The notes under the pieces: model-generated
Database searches by the model: none
Seen by the model: the letters and a program-made list of their open reading frames with translations, nothing else
Told to the model about the DNA's origin: nothing
Shown: positions 11,774 through 19,694 of the stretch, one piece after another
Layout: every line of letters begins with the position of its first letter
Numbering within the stretch: the stretch's first letter is position 1
Translations under genes and position numbers: made by a program
Assembly: GCA_029558515.1 (NCBI GenBank)
Contig: JAKQEM010000014.1
Span: 5,759 to 69,758 of the forward strand
Source of the DNA: a bacterium
GTDB lineage: Bacteria; Patescibacteriota; Gracilibacteria; Peribacterales; Peribacteraceae
DNA length: 64,000 bases
Direction of reading: 5' to 3'

Positions 11774-11800
11774 TCGTCAAACCAATCTTACTTGTTACCA
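11774..11800 (-). promoter_or_regulatory. sigma70-like promoter (TTGACG-15nt-TGgTACAAT)
   Basis: Read on the minus strand. About 85 nt upstream of the 50-aa ORF. Confidence 0.45.
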
Positions 11801-11828
11801 GAGAATTATTGTGACAGTATTTTGATAC

Positions 11829-11857
11829 TTGACAAGTCACCAAAAGTCGGCATACTG
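11829..11857 (+). promoter_or_regulatory. sigma70-like promoter (TTGACA-16/17nt-CATACT)
   Basis: Back to back with the minus-strand promoter. It points into the gene-poor repeat-rich stretch. Confidence 0.4.
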
Positions 11858-11917
11858 GTGCACTTTCTCCTGCTCCTTCTCTTTTCCGATGCGACGATGA
11901 CGGACGACGCGTGCACG

Positions 11918-12112
11918 TCACCCTGAGCATGCCGAACGGGTGACGAAGGCTTGATCTCCGATGGCGGTACATTTACCCTTCGTACCGATGAAGCAGTACT
12001 GCACCGTCGGCATGCACTTCTCCTGCTTCTCTTTTACGAAGCAGCGCGCGGCGTGATGTGGGAACAATCGGACCCCCTTCACCCCGCACGAGGAAAGCGG
12101 GGCGGTTTGCAT
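11918..12112 (-). CDS. possible small Cys-rich protein (MQTAPLSSCGVKGVRLFPHHAARCFVKEKQEKCMPTVQYCFIGTKGKCTAIGDQ...)
   Basis: Open frame with non-repetitive composition and a CTCTCCTC-ATG start context like other genes here. It lies antisense to a predicted plus-strand promoter, and no homology was recognised. Confidence 0.25.
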   Translation of the reverse strand: MQTAPLSSCGVKGVRLFPHHAARCFVKEKQEKCMPTVQYCFIGTKGKCTAIGDQAFVTRSACSG

Positions 12113-12250
12113 GAGGAGAGAGTGATCATTCACCCATTCGATTCCCTCAGGGTAAAAAGGCAAAGCTCCTTCACAGCAGCGGCTCAAGATATGCACTTTG
12201 TGGGGTGTGGTCTCATGGAAAGGGCCAAGGAGGCCCGAGGGCTCACACCT

Positions 12251-12290
12251 ATCTCCCCTCACCCCCCCGAACGGGGGGAAAGGAAAGATA
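12251..12290. repeat. short fragment of the GC-rich element (CTCCCCTCACCCCCCCGAACGGGGGGAAAGGAAAG)
   Basis: Shares the CTCACCCC terminus and a CCCCCC-GAAC-GGGGGG hairpin. Confidence 0.5.
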
Positions 12291-12430
12291 TGAATTATTC
12301 GAAGAGAGCTTCGGCGGCAACGCCGAAGCAGAAACATCTGTCTGCGCGCAAGCGCAGGCAGATACGACGCCGCTGCCGGCCTACCGGCGGCGGCAAGAAT
12401 CTAGCTGCCCTCTACGCAAAAAGGGCGTAG
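12290..12430 (+). CDS. possible 46-aa highly basic peptide (MNYSKRASAATPKQKHLSARKRRQIRRRCRPTGGGKNLAALYAKRA)
   Basis: An AAGGAAAGAT SD-like sequence lies before the ATG. The ORF sits inside a repeat-rich, gene-poor stretch. No homology recognised. Confidence 0.2.
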   Translation: MNYSKRASAATPKQKHLSARKRRQIRRRCRPTGGGKNLAALYAKRA

Positions 12431-12438
12431 AGAGCAGC

Positions 12439-12478
12439 AAAAAAATGCCCGGGGCCCCTCTTTGAGGAGGCCCCGGGC
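12439..12478 (-). terminator. intrinsic terminator (minus strand)
   Basis: GCCCGGGGCC / GGCCCCGGGC 10-bp stem. On the minus strand it is followed by ATTTTTTT. Confidence 0.6.
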
Positions 12479-12566
12479 AAAAAGCCACCTTCGACTCCAC
12501 CCCACATCGTGTATCCATCGCCCCATGGATCTGTCACCAAAGGGAAAGGAGGAAGGTGACAGAACC

Positions 12567-12605
12567 GGTGGAGAAGTCTCTACAGCAGCTTCTCCACCAT
12601 TTTTC
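12567..12605 (+). terminator. intrinsic terminator (plus strand)
   Basis: GGTGGAGAAG-loop-CTTCTCCACC followed by ATTTTTCTCTCT. It is preceded by a hairpin CTGTCACC-AAAGGGAAAGGAGGAA-GGTGACAG. Confidence 0.6.
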
Positions 12606-12748
12606 TCTCTGATGCCAGGTCCATGGGGCGCCCCGATTTTTCACACCACCGCACCATTGCCATCGATCTGCATTCGCAACTCCCGAAATGGAAGTAAGGC
12701 CCGGAATGGATCCGGCGCGGGAGGACGCGATGCAGAAAGGAGTCATCC

Positions 12749-12907
12749 ATGACCCAACGGAAAGACCTCCCGTGGCGGCTCGCCACGGAAGAGGTCTACA
12801 GGCGGGAGTTTCCGGTGCTCCGGACTCCCGCCAAAAAAATGAAGCCAAGGGCTCCGGTTCATCCGGCGCCTCTGGCGGGTCGTGCCCGCAAGCCAACGCC
12901 CAAGTAG
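12749..12907 (+). CDS. possible 52-aa basic peptide (MTQRKDLPWRLATEEVYRREFPVLRTPAKKMKPRAP...)
   Basis: AAGGAG lies 6 nt upstream of the ATG. The ORF is not in the track (<60 aa) and was translated by hand. No homology recognised. Confidence 0.2.
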   Translation: MTQRKDLPWRLATEEVYRREFPVLRTPAKKMKPRAPVHPAPLAGRARKPTPK

Positions 12908-13005
12908 GCTTGCGGGAATCAGGCGCCGGACACATCCTTGCGATGATGTCCGGCGCTACCAGTTCTTCGAATGCAGGTCGATCGCAATACGTTCCTCGTT
13001 CACAC

Positions 13006-13215
13006 TCTCCTCACCCCTATCCCCTCCCTGGCCGTCCGAAGCTGCGAGCATCGGCGAGGAGCGTAGGCGGCTCCATTCCTCCCCGACGCCAACGGAAGAG
13101 GGGATGTTTTCTTGTGTGGTTGTTCCCTCCATCCCCCTGCCCCTTCCTCCACGGGAGGAAGGGGGGGCAAGGCCTGTCTCCCCCTCTCCGGTGGAGAGGG
13201 GGTCGGGGGGAGAGG
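13006..13215. repeat. composite GC-rich element: long-form left half fused to a reverse-oriented short form
   Basis: CTCCTCACCCCTATCCCCTCCC...CCCCGACGCCAACGGAAGAGGGG is followed by CCTTCCTCC-ACG-GGAGGAAGG, GGGGGCAAGGCCTGTCTCCCC, CTCTCC-GGTG-GAGAGG and GGGTCGGGGGG. Confidence 0.85.
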
Positions 13216-13267
13216 TTTTACAACGAGGAGGGGAAGGGGGTGAAGGAAATCGAGGAGAGAGAGCTTG

Positions 13268-13299
13268 AAAAAAGGACACCCGCGCACGCGCGGATGTCC
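13268..13299 (-). terminator. intrinsic terminator (minus strand)
   Basis: On the minus strand, GGACATCCGCGCGTGCGCGGGTGTCC followed by TTTTTT. Confidence 0.6.
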
Positions 13300-13470
13300 C
13301 CGTCCTGTCCTTTTGGCTGTGGCGACTGCGCAGAGTGCGCACGGGGAGCAAAAGACACCCCCACGATCGGCCCCTGGCCGTGGTGGACAGGACTCCCCAC
13401 CTCGCAAGAGCGAAGGGGTCCGCAAGTATCCCCCTTTGAGGAGGAGATGCAAGAGGGAGCTTTTCTTTTC

Positions 13471-13642
13471 CTCCTCACCCCTACCCCCTCTCCCTCCTGC
13501 CCCGACGCCAACGGGAGAGGGGAATCTTTGTTTTGTGTTTTTTGTTTTCTCTCATGACAAATAGCGCCTCCCTCTCCAGGGGGCATGCGGGCGGAATGGA
13601 GAGGGAGGTTGGGAGGGTGAGGAGGGAATAAGGAGAGTGAGG
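13471..13642. repeat. GC-rich MITE-like element, long form
   Basis: CTCCTCACCCCTACCCCCTCTCC...CGACGCCAACGGGAGAGGGG...TTTGTTTTGTGTTTTTTG...GGAATGGAGAGGGAGGTTGGGAGGGTGAGGAGG. Confidence 0.85.
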
Positions 13643-13664
13643 AAAATAAGAAGAGTTCATCAAG

Positions 13665-13701
13665 AAAAAGCCCCTCGTCTCCAGCAAACGGGGGCTTTTT
13701 T
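13665..13701. terminator. bidirectional intrinsic terminator downstream of csrA
   Basis: AAAAA-GCCCC-15nt loop-GGGGC-TTTTTT. Confidence 0.65.
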
Positions 13702-13724
13702 GGGCTGAAGCGGCGTACGCCGCC

Positions 13725-13919
13725 TCAGGCCTTATTTTCGGCGGCCGTAGCCGCCGTTTCTGGATGCTTCCGCATCCAGACTTCCTTTCGATCCACATCG
13801 ACGTCCGCCGGCGCCTCAATCGACAGCCGCACTCGGCCGCCCTGGATCCTCTCGACCGTCACTCGAATGCGATCGTCGATCACGATCGTCTCGCCGCATT
13901 TCCTTGACAACACTAACAT
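13725..13919 (-). CDS. csrA: carbon storage regulator CsrA (RNA-binding translational regulator)
   Basis: MLVLSRKCGETIVIDDRIRVTVERIQGGRVRLSIEAPADVDVDRKEV matches the CsrA family almost position by position. It is preceded by GGAGGAGGGAGCC-ATG. Confidence 0.95.
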   Translation of the reverse strand: MLVLSRKCGETIVIDDRIRVTVERIQGGRVRLSIEAPADVDVDRKEVWMRKHPETAATAAENKA

Positions 13920-14055
13920 GGCTCCCTCCTCCCCCCTACGGGGGACAACAAAAAAAATGTGAAAAACCGGAAGCTCTGCCCTAAACTGGACAGGGCAGAA
14001 TAAACAAAGTCTAATGAACTTTGCATCATTTGCAAGACTTTTCGCGCTCCCCGCT

Positions 14056-14143
14056 CATGGCTATTGGCTATTCGCCCTTCGTCATTTTGCATTTCCCATT
14101 TCCCATTTTGCATTATCCATTCTCAATTATCCATTATCCATCC
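14056..14143. repeat. long 7-nt-periodic array (GGCTATT x2; CATTTTG CATTTCC CATTTCC CATTTTG CATTATC CATTCTC AATTATC CATTATC)
   Basis: Direct 7-nt periodicity over about 88 nt in the divergent csrA/fbaB spacer. Confidence 0.8.
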
Positions 14144-14183
14144 TTCTATGCTACCCTTTCCCCCGATCCTTCCCCCCTCCCCC

Positions 14184-15251
14184 ATGCGCTCCATCGCCGA
14201 TATTCGCTCTCTCCTGGGTGATTCCGCCTTCCTGCTCGATCACACGTGCCAAACCATTCCCAAAGAGAAACTTCATCTGCCCTCGGTGCAGACGGTCCAG
14301 AGCGTCTTTGAACAGAGCGATCGTCCGGGCAAAGTCATCAAGAATCTCCTGGATCTCTACAATCACGGACGACTTGCGGGAACAGGGTACCTCTCTATCC
14401 TCCCCGTCGATCAGGGCATCGAACACTCCGCGGGCGCCAGCTTTGCCAAGAATATTGAGTACTTCGACCCGGAGAACATCGTGAAGCTCGCCGTCGAAGG
14501 CGGCTGCTCCGCGGTGGCCTCGACGCTCGGGGTGCTGGGCATGGTCAGCAAGAAGTATGCGGCGCAGATCCCCTTCATCGTGAAGATCAATCACAACGAA
14601 CTCCTCACGTACCCGAACAAATTCGATCAAGTGATGTTTGGCTCCGTGCAGCAGGCCAAGGACATGGGAGCTCTGGGAGTGGGAGCGACCATCTACTTCG
14701 GGTCGCCGGAGAGTTCGCGACAGATCGTGGAAGTGAGCCAAGCCTTTGCAGAAGCGCACCGGCTGGGACTCTTCACGGTGCTGTGGTGCTACCTGCGCAG
14801 CAGCGGCTTCAAGAAGGACGGCAAAGATTTCCATGTCTCGGCCGATCTCACGGGACAGGCCAATCACTTGGGAGTAACCATCGAAGCAGACATCATCAAG
14901 CAGAAATTGCCGGAAAACAATGGCGGCTACCTCGCGCTGGGACAGGAAAGCTCCTACGGCAAAACCGACAAGCGCGTGTACGAGCAACTCACGACCGATA
15001 ACCCCATCGACCTCACCCGCTACCAAGTGGCCAACTGCTACATGGGACGCATCGGGCTCATCAACAGCGGCGGCGCGTCGGGCGAAAACGACCTGCAGCA
15101 AGCGGTGATGACCGCGGTGGTGAACAAGCGTGCCGGCGGCAGCGGCCTCATCTGCGGCCGGAAGGCGTTCCAGAAATCTCGGGAGGAAGGCGTTGCATTG
15201 TTGAATGCGATACAGGATGTGTATCTGTGTGAAGAGGTAACTGTGGCGTAA
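14184..15251 (+). CDS. fbaB: class I fructose-bisphosphate aldolase (DhnA/FbaB type)
   Basis: Near-collinear with E. coli FbaB: [78 protein letters not shown] and [16 protein letters not shown]. Start placed at MRSIADIR. Confidence 0.95.
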   Translation: MRSIADIRSLLGDSAFLLDHTCQTIPKEKLHLPSVQTVQSVFEQSDRPGKVIKNLLDLYNHGRLAGTGYLSILPVDQGIEHSAGASFAKNIEYFDPENIVKLAVEGGCSAVASTLGVLGMVSKKYAAQIPFIVKINHNELLTYPNKFDQVMFGSVQQAKDMGALGVGATIYFGSPESSRQIVEVSQAFAEAHRLGLFTVLWCYLRSSGFKKDGKDFHVSADLTGQANHLGVTIEADIIKQKLPENNGGYLALGQESSYGKTDKRVYEQLTTDNPIDLTRYQVANCYMGRIGLINSGGASGENDLQQAVMTAVVNKRAGGSGLICGRKAFQKSREEGVALLNAIQDVYLCEEVTVA

Positions 15252-15269
15252 AGATTGCCCTTCCTTTGT

Positions 15270-15445
15270 GTCCTCACCCCAACCCTCTCCCTCCCTGCCA
15301 ACGCCAACGGGAGAGGGCGCACCCTCTCTGTTTTCGATACATTTCTTCATCAAAAAAAATCTCGACACCCCCTCTCCTGGAAGTCCGCCGCAGCGGACGT
15401 GGCAAGCGGTGTGTGGAAGGAGAGGGGGACGGGGGGTGAGGAGAG
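15270..15445. repeat. GC-rich MITE-like element, long form (copy 2 of the 2690 type)
   Basis: Termini are TCCTCACCCCAACCCTCTCC and GGAGAGGGGGACGGGGGGTGAGGAGAG. Internal hairpins are GAGAGGG-CGCA-CCCTCTC and GTCCGC-CGCA-GCGGAC. It fills the convergent fbaB/yidC spacer. Confidence 0.9.
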
Positions 15446-15459
15446 TTGAAAGATAAGAC

Positions 15460-16692
15460 TCACCCTTTCACGCTCAAATGCTCTCTATTCACGATCACCT
15501 GCTGCACGATCGCAAACAGCGTGGACACGCCCCAGTAGAGTGACACCGCCGAGGGCATTTTGAGTGCGAAGAATCCGATCATGAGCGGCAACAGGTAGAG
15601 CATCATCTTCTGCTGCAGCTCCTGCGGCGTATCTACTTCCGGCGTCGTCTTCTTCTGCAATTCCTTGCGCTTCTTCTTATCCGCGATATGGAACGTGAGC
15701 TTCATCTGCAAAAATTGCAGCACGACGAGGAGCGGCGGGAAGAGCCACCAGTATGCACGCATGAGATCGAGACCGAGGAACGATGTGTCGAACGTCCAAT
15801 CGAGGTGCTGATACACGGGGTAGATGAGATGGCGGGAGAGATCCAGATGTACGCCGTCACGCACCACGTAGAAGAGCCCGATGAGCACGGGGAACTGCAC
15901 CAGGAGCGGCAGACACGATTGAAACGGATTGATCTTGTGCTCCTTCCAGAGCTTCATCGTCTCCTGCTGGAGCTTCACGGGGTCGTCCTTGTACTGCTTG
16001 CGAATCGCTTCGATCTTGGGTTGCAACAACTGCATCTTCTTCTGTCCTTCCAACGCGTGCTGCGTGGGGAGATACAAGAGTAATTTCACGATGAGCGTGA
16101 GAACGATGATGGCAAGACCCAAATTGTATCCGGGCAGCACCGACCCCAGGAAGATGAGCGCATTGAGGAGCGGCTTGGAGATGAACGCGCGGAACAGCCC
16201 GGTGAAGAAGCCCGGTTCCGTGATCACAAAATCAGCGGAGAGTACCGCACCCGTTCCCGCGTCCATACCGGCGAGTGTCAATCGGTACGTGCCCGTTTCC
16301 GCGAAGAGCGCGCTCTTCCAGGGGGCGAGTGTGATCTCGGCCTTCTTCCCCGCTTCGATCGGTTCGATCTTTTGGCAGAGCTGCGCCGTCTCTTCCGCGG
16401 TGATATCGACGAATGCGCCGGTCGCCGATACGCGTGACACATCGACGGGCGGCAGCGGACAGCGATCGGGAATCGTGAGAGGGGACACCGCATGATTCTC
16501 AATGATGAAGATCGGCACGGCGCCCTGCCGCACGGTCGCGTCCTTCATGCGGATGACGACGGGGGGCAGGTCCGCCTGCGGCGGCGTTACGGGGAAGAGT
16601 ACTTGAAAAATCAATTGATACCCCAGCACGGCGACTGCGACCATGACGAGCAGGTCCCAGATACGCTTGCCTTTCGACGGAGAATCAGCCAT
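15460..16692 (-). CDS. yidC: membrane protein insertase YidC
   Basis: Contains LGLAIIVLTLIVKLLLYLPTQHALEGQKKMQLLQPKIEAIRKQYKDDPVKLQQETMKLWKEHKINPFQSCLPLLVQFPVLIGLFYV. Its start overlaps rnpA by 8 nt. Confidence 0.93.
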   Translation of the reverse strand: MADSPSKGKRIWDLLVMVAVAVLGYQLIFQVLFPVTPPQADLPPVVIRMKDATVRQGAVPIFIIENHAVSPLTIPDRCPLPPVDVSRVSATGAFVDITAEETAQLCQKIEPIEAGKKAEITLAPWKSALFAETGTYRLTLAGMDAGTGAVLSADFVITEPGFFTGLFRAFISKPLLNALIFLGSVLPGYNLGLAIIVLTLIVKLLLYLPTQHALEGQKKMQLLQPKIEAIRKQYKDDPVKLQQETMKLWKEHKINPFQSCLPLLVQFPVLIGLFYVVRDGVHLDLSRHLIYPVYQHLDWTFDTSFLGLDLMRAYWWLFPPLLVVLQFLQMKLTFHIADKKKRKELQKKTTPEVDTPQELQQKMMLYLLPLMIGFFALKMPSAVSLYWGVSTLFAIVQQVIVNREHLSVKG

Positions 16693-17050
16693 GAGTCAGG
16701 AGGGAGAGGAAAGCCCGGACGTCTTGTCGGATGTCTTCAAACGGGGCCTCCAGACTAGCGATGCGCGGGCTGATCAACAACTGTGCGGCGGGAAGCGTGT
16801 CGAGCTCTTTCACGTGGATGCGCCATGCCTCGCGGATGCGCCGCCGCATGCGATTCCTCTTCACGGCGGATTTGTGCAATTTCATCGATGCAAATGTCCC
16901 GAGGTACAGTTCGTGCGCACCCGGATCGATAGCCCGACGGCGCGGTGCCGATGGCAACCAGCGAATCATCATCGTCTTCCCCTTCCACACCCTCCCTTTC
17001 CGCAACAGAAAATCATTGGTCTTCCTGCCGCTGAGACGCCGGAGTTTCAT
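16685..17050 (-). CDS. rnpA: ribonuclease P protein component
   Basis: 121-aa basic protein with the KSAVKRNRMRRRIREA RNR motif, located immediately upstream of yidC. Confidence 0.9.
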   Translation of the reverse strand: MKLRRLSGRKTNDFLLRKGRVWKGKTMMIRWLPSAPRRRAIDPGAHELYLGTFASMKLHKSAVKRNRMRRRIREAWRIHVKELDTLPAAQLLISPRIASLEAPFEDIRQDVRAFLSLLTHG

Positions 17051-17096
17051 GCAAATAGCCTAGCCGAAAAGACACATGCAAACGAACCGAAATACA

Positions 17097-17555
17097 TCAG
17101 AATACTTTTCGAGCCTTTGATGGAGTTCTTCCCGTTCTTCCGGTACGATGACTCAAATATCTGCGTTGATGCCGACCATGCTGCGCTGGATCGGGAATAA
17201 CCTCGCACACAACGGAATGTTCCTGGCTCTGATCAATCGCATTCAGAACATGCCGGACGTTTTCACGCGCTCGACGTATCTCCGCATCCAACAACGAAGA
17301 CCACTCCTGCACAAGCAGAGAAGATTGCAGTTTTCCGTTCAAAAAATCCGCATTAATATTTTGGATTTTCTCATGTAGCAATCGATCATCCTGCACAGCT
17401 TCCATCCACTCAACCAGTGTGTCGGCCAATAGCCCTCTGACGTTTAAAGGCACCGCGGATAATTTTTGCGCAATGGATATGGATAATCCGTTTTTAACTC
17501 CTCTGTTCCTATCAGATCTACTTGGCAGATGAGCACTGTGATATTTGTATTTCAT
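17097..17555 (-). CDS. hypothetical protein, possible ribbon-helix-helix N-terminus
   Basis: AT-richer ORF. The GLSISIAQKLSAVPLNVRGLLADTLVEWMEA segment has a strand-helix-helix pattern. TGTTATAAT lies 6 nt upstream of the ATG. No clear homology. Confidence 0.4.
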   Translation of the reverse strand: MKYKYHSAHLPSRSDRNRGVKNGLSISIAQKLSAVPLNVRGLLADTLVEWMEAVQDDRLLHEKIQNINADFLNGKLQSSLLVQEWSSLLDAEIRRARENVRHVLNAIDQSQEHSVVCEVIPDPAQHGRHQRRYLSHRTGRTGRTPSKARKVF

Positions 17556-17646
17556 ACTTCTATTATAACATATTATATATATTTGTATATACCTCAGTAA
17601 CCGCATTCCATGAAGATTCTATCCACTTCCGCTATTATTTACACCT

Positions 17647-17946
17647 ATGGCCACCCTGACCGCCGCCGAAGTTCGACACATCGCAAAGCTCGCGCGCCTG
17701 CAACTGAGTGACGAGGAAGTGACGAAATTCGCAACGGAACTCACGAGCATCCTCTCCTACATCGATACGCTCCGGGAAGTCGATACCGCGGGCATTGAGC
17801 CGACGGCGCAAGTCACGGGTGCCGTGCATCGCCTGCGAGAAGACGCGCTGCGAGCGGGACCCTTGGCGGACCCGGATGCACTCCTTTCCACGAGTCCGCT
17901 CCCCATCGTCGATCATCAGATCCAGACGCCGTCCGCACACGGATGA
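17647..17946 (+). CDS. gatC: Asp/Glu-tRNA(Asn/Gln) amidotransferase subunit C
   Basis: VRHIAKLARLQLSDEEV..F...L..IL.YID.L.EVDT.G.EP is a typical GatC pattern. The gene is followed by gatA. Confidence 0.93.
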   Translation: MATLTAAEVRHIAKLARLQLSDEEVTKFATELTSILSYIDTLREVDTAGIEPTAQVTGAVHRLREDALRAGPLADPDALLSTSPLPIVDHQIQTPSAHG

Positions 17947-17951
17947 AGGGC

Positions 17952-17979
17952 GAATGTTGAATGGTGAATTTTGAATTTC
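17952..17979. repeat. heptamer array GAATGTT GAATGGT GAATTTT GAATTTC
   Basis: Four tandem 7-mers in the 49-nt gatC-gatA spacer. Confidence 0.75.
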
Positions 17980-17995
17980 GGTTACCTGACTCCTT

Positions 17996-19453
17996 ATGCT
18001 TCACACACTGACTCTCGCAGAGGCACTCCGGAAACTTCGCGCGAAAGAAGTGAGTGCGACGGAACTCACGCAAGCGTGCATCGATCGCATCGATTCCGTG
18101 GATGGCACCCTCAATGCAGTTGTATATAAAAACTTTGACTCAGCCTTGGAGGAAGCTAAAAAGTTTGATGACAATTTTGATACAAGCAAACCACTCGGTG
18201 GCATCCCCTACCTCGCCAAAGATGTCTTCTGCGAAGCGGGTGTCCCCACCACTGCATGCTCGAACATGCTGCGGAGCAAGGACTACCGGCCGCCGTTTGA
18301 TTCCACCACCACGAAACGTTTGAAGGAAGCCGGTGCCATCAGTCTGGGAAAGGCCAATACCGATGAGTTTACGATGGGTGGTTCGACGGAAACTTCCTGC
18401 TACGGCGTCACACGAAACCCGTGGGATTCTTCCCGCGTCGCCGGCGGTTCCTCCGGCGGTTCGGCTGCGGCGATAGCGGCCGATGAGTGCCTGTTTGCAT
18501 TGGGAACGGATACGGGGGGTTCCATACGGCAGCCGGCTGCCTACTGCGGGTGCACCGGCCTTAAGGTGACGTACGGGCGCACGAGCAGATTTGGCGTCAT
18601 GAGCATGGCAAGTTCGCTGGATACCATCGGGGTTCTCACCAAGACCGTGGAAGATGCGGCGGTCCTGCTGCGCCTCATGGCGGGAAAAGACCCGTTGGAT
18701 GGGACGACATCCGATGCTCCTGTTCCGAACTACCCCTCGCTTCTCACGGGATCGATGGAGGGAATGACGATCGGTCTGCCCCAAGAGTACTTCACCGAAG
18801 GAATGGACCCCGAAGTGCGACAGGCCGTGCGCGATGCGGCGAAGACGTTTGAGGAGATGGGCGCAACCGTGATCGACGTCAGCCTGCCGCACACGCGATA
18901 CGGCGTAGCCACCTACTACGTGCTCTGCCCGAGCGAAGTCAGTTCCAATATGGCGCGCTACGACGGCATCCGCTACGGACACACCGAGCAGGCATCCTCT
19001 CTCATTGCGTACTATGAAGCGATACGCAGCGCGGGATTCGGCCCCGAAGTGAAGCGCCGCATCATGATCGGCACCTATGCGCTTTCCGCCGGTTACTTCG
19101 ATGCGTACTACCGTCAGGCGCAGAAAATCCGCACACTCGTCAGACAAGACTTCGATGCGGCTCTGCGACAAGCGGATTTCCTACTGGCTCCCGTCACTCC
19201 CACTCCCGCGTTCGCCATCGGCGCCCATGCGAATGATCCGGTACACATGTATCTGGAAGATGCGCTGACGGTGCCCATTTCCCTCGCCGGCGTACCGGGG
19301 CTCGCCATCCCTTGTGGGCTCACCACCCGACAATTACCGATCGGCATGCAGCTCATCGGCAAGCATTTCGATGAAGCGACGATTCTCCGCGCCGGTCATG
19401 CGTACCAGCAGGCGACGCAGTGGCATACGAGGAAACCGGGATTGGGGGGTTAG
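17996..19453 (+). CDS. gatA: Asp/Glu-tRNA(Asn/Gln) amidotransferase subunit A
   Basis: Amidase signature GGSSGGSAAAIAA plus KDVFCEAGVPTTACSNML and GTDTGGSIRQPAAYCG. Confidence 0.95.
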   Translation: MLHTLTLAEALRKLRAKEVSATELTQACIDRIDSVDGTLNAVVYKNFDSALEEAKKFDDNFDTSKPLGGIPYLAKDVFCEAGVPTTACSNMLRSKDYRPPFDSTTTKRLKEAGAISLGKANTDEFTMGGSTETSCYGVTRNPWDSSRVAGGSSGGSAAAIAADECLFALGTDTGGSIRQPAAYCGCTGLKVTYGRTSRFGVMSMASSLDTIGVLTKTVEDAAVLLRLMAGKDPLDGTTSDAPVPNYPSLLTGSMEGMTIGLPQEYFTEGMDPEVRQAVRDAAKTFEEMGATVIDVSLPHTRYGVATYYVLCPSEVSSNMARYDGIRYGHTEQASSLIAYYEAIRSAGFGPEVKRRIMIGTYALSAGYFDAYYRQAQKIRTLVRQDFDAALRQADFLLAPVTPTPAFAIGAHANDPVHMYLEDALTVPISLAGVPGLAIPCGLTTRQLPIGMQLIGKHFDEATILRAGHAYQQATQWHTRKPGLGG

Positions 19454-19460
19454 GAATGAT

Positions 19461-19570
19461 GTTATTCGTTGATTCGTTATTTCGTTCGTTCGTTATCTCG
19501 TATCATCGGAGATACTCTTTCCCCTGACTCGAAATAACGAGATAACGAGATAACGCACATTCGTTCGTTT
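19461..19570. repeat. oligomer-array hairpin (GTTATTCGTTGATTCGTTATTTCGTTCGTTCGTTATCTCG ... CGAAATAACGAGATAACGAGATAACG)
   Basis: Long inverted arms (CGTTATCTCG/CGAGATAACG, GTTATTTCG/CGAAATAAC) directly after the gatA stop. Confidence 0.85.
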
Positions 19571-19694
19571 TGAACATGAACAATCTTTTTGCATTGCCCT
19601 GATCGGAAGTTTCCCTATCATGCCCCCGCCATGCAGGCTGCGTCCTGCGCGGGCGCATTCCATTTTTTGCTTTTTCCGTTCCCCACCGTACCGT

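Noticed and set aside
12488-12505. TTCGACTCC T-loop-like motif (also at 50726), considered as the 3' end of a tmRNA or tRNA-like RNA.
   Set aside because: The flanking bases (CCACC / CCACC) are not complementary, so no T-arm or acceptor stem can form. The motif is the start of a dispersed repeat.
12688-13557. 289-aa ORF running through the repeat-rich stretch near csrA.
   Set aside because: The frame stays open only because the GC-rich palindromic elements lack stop codons. The product is low-complexity (G/P/R/S) with no recognisable domain, and it crosses several terminator hairpins.
17051-17096. Expected rpmH (L34) upstream of rnpA.
   Set aside because: The gap is only 46 nt and no L34-like basic ORF occurs in any frame.
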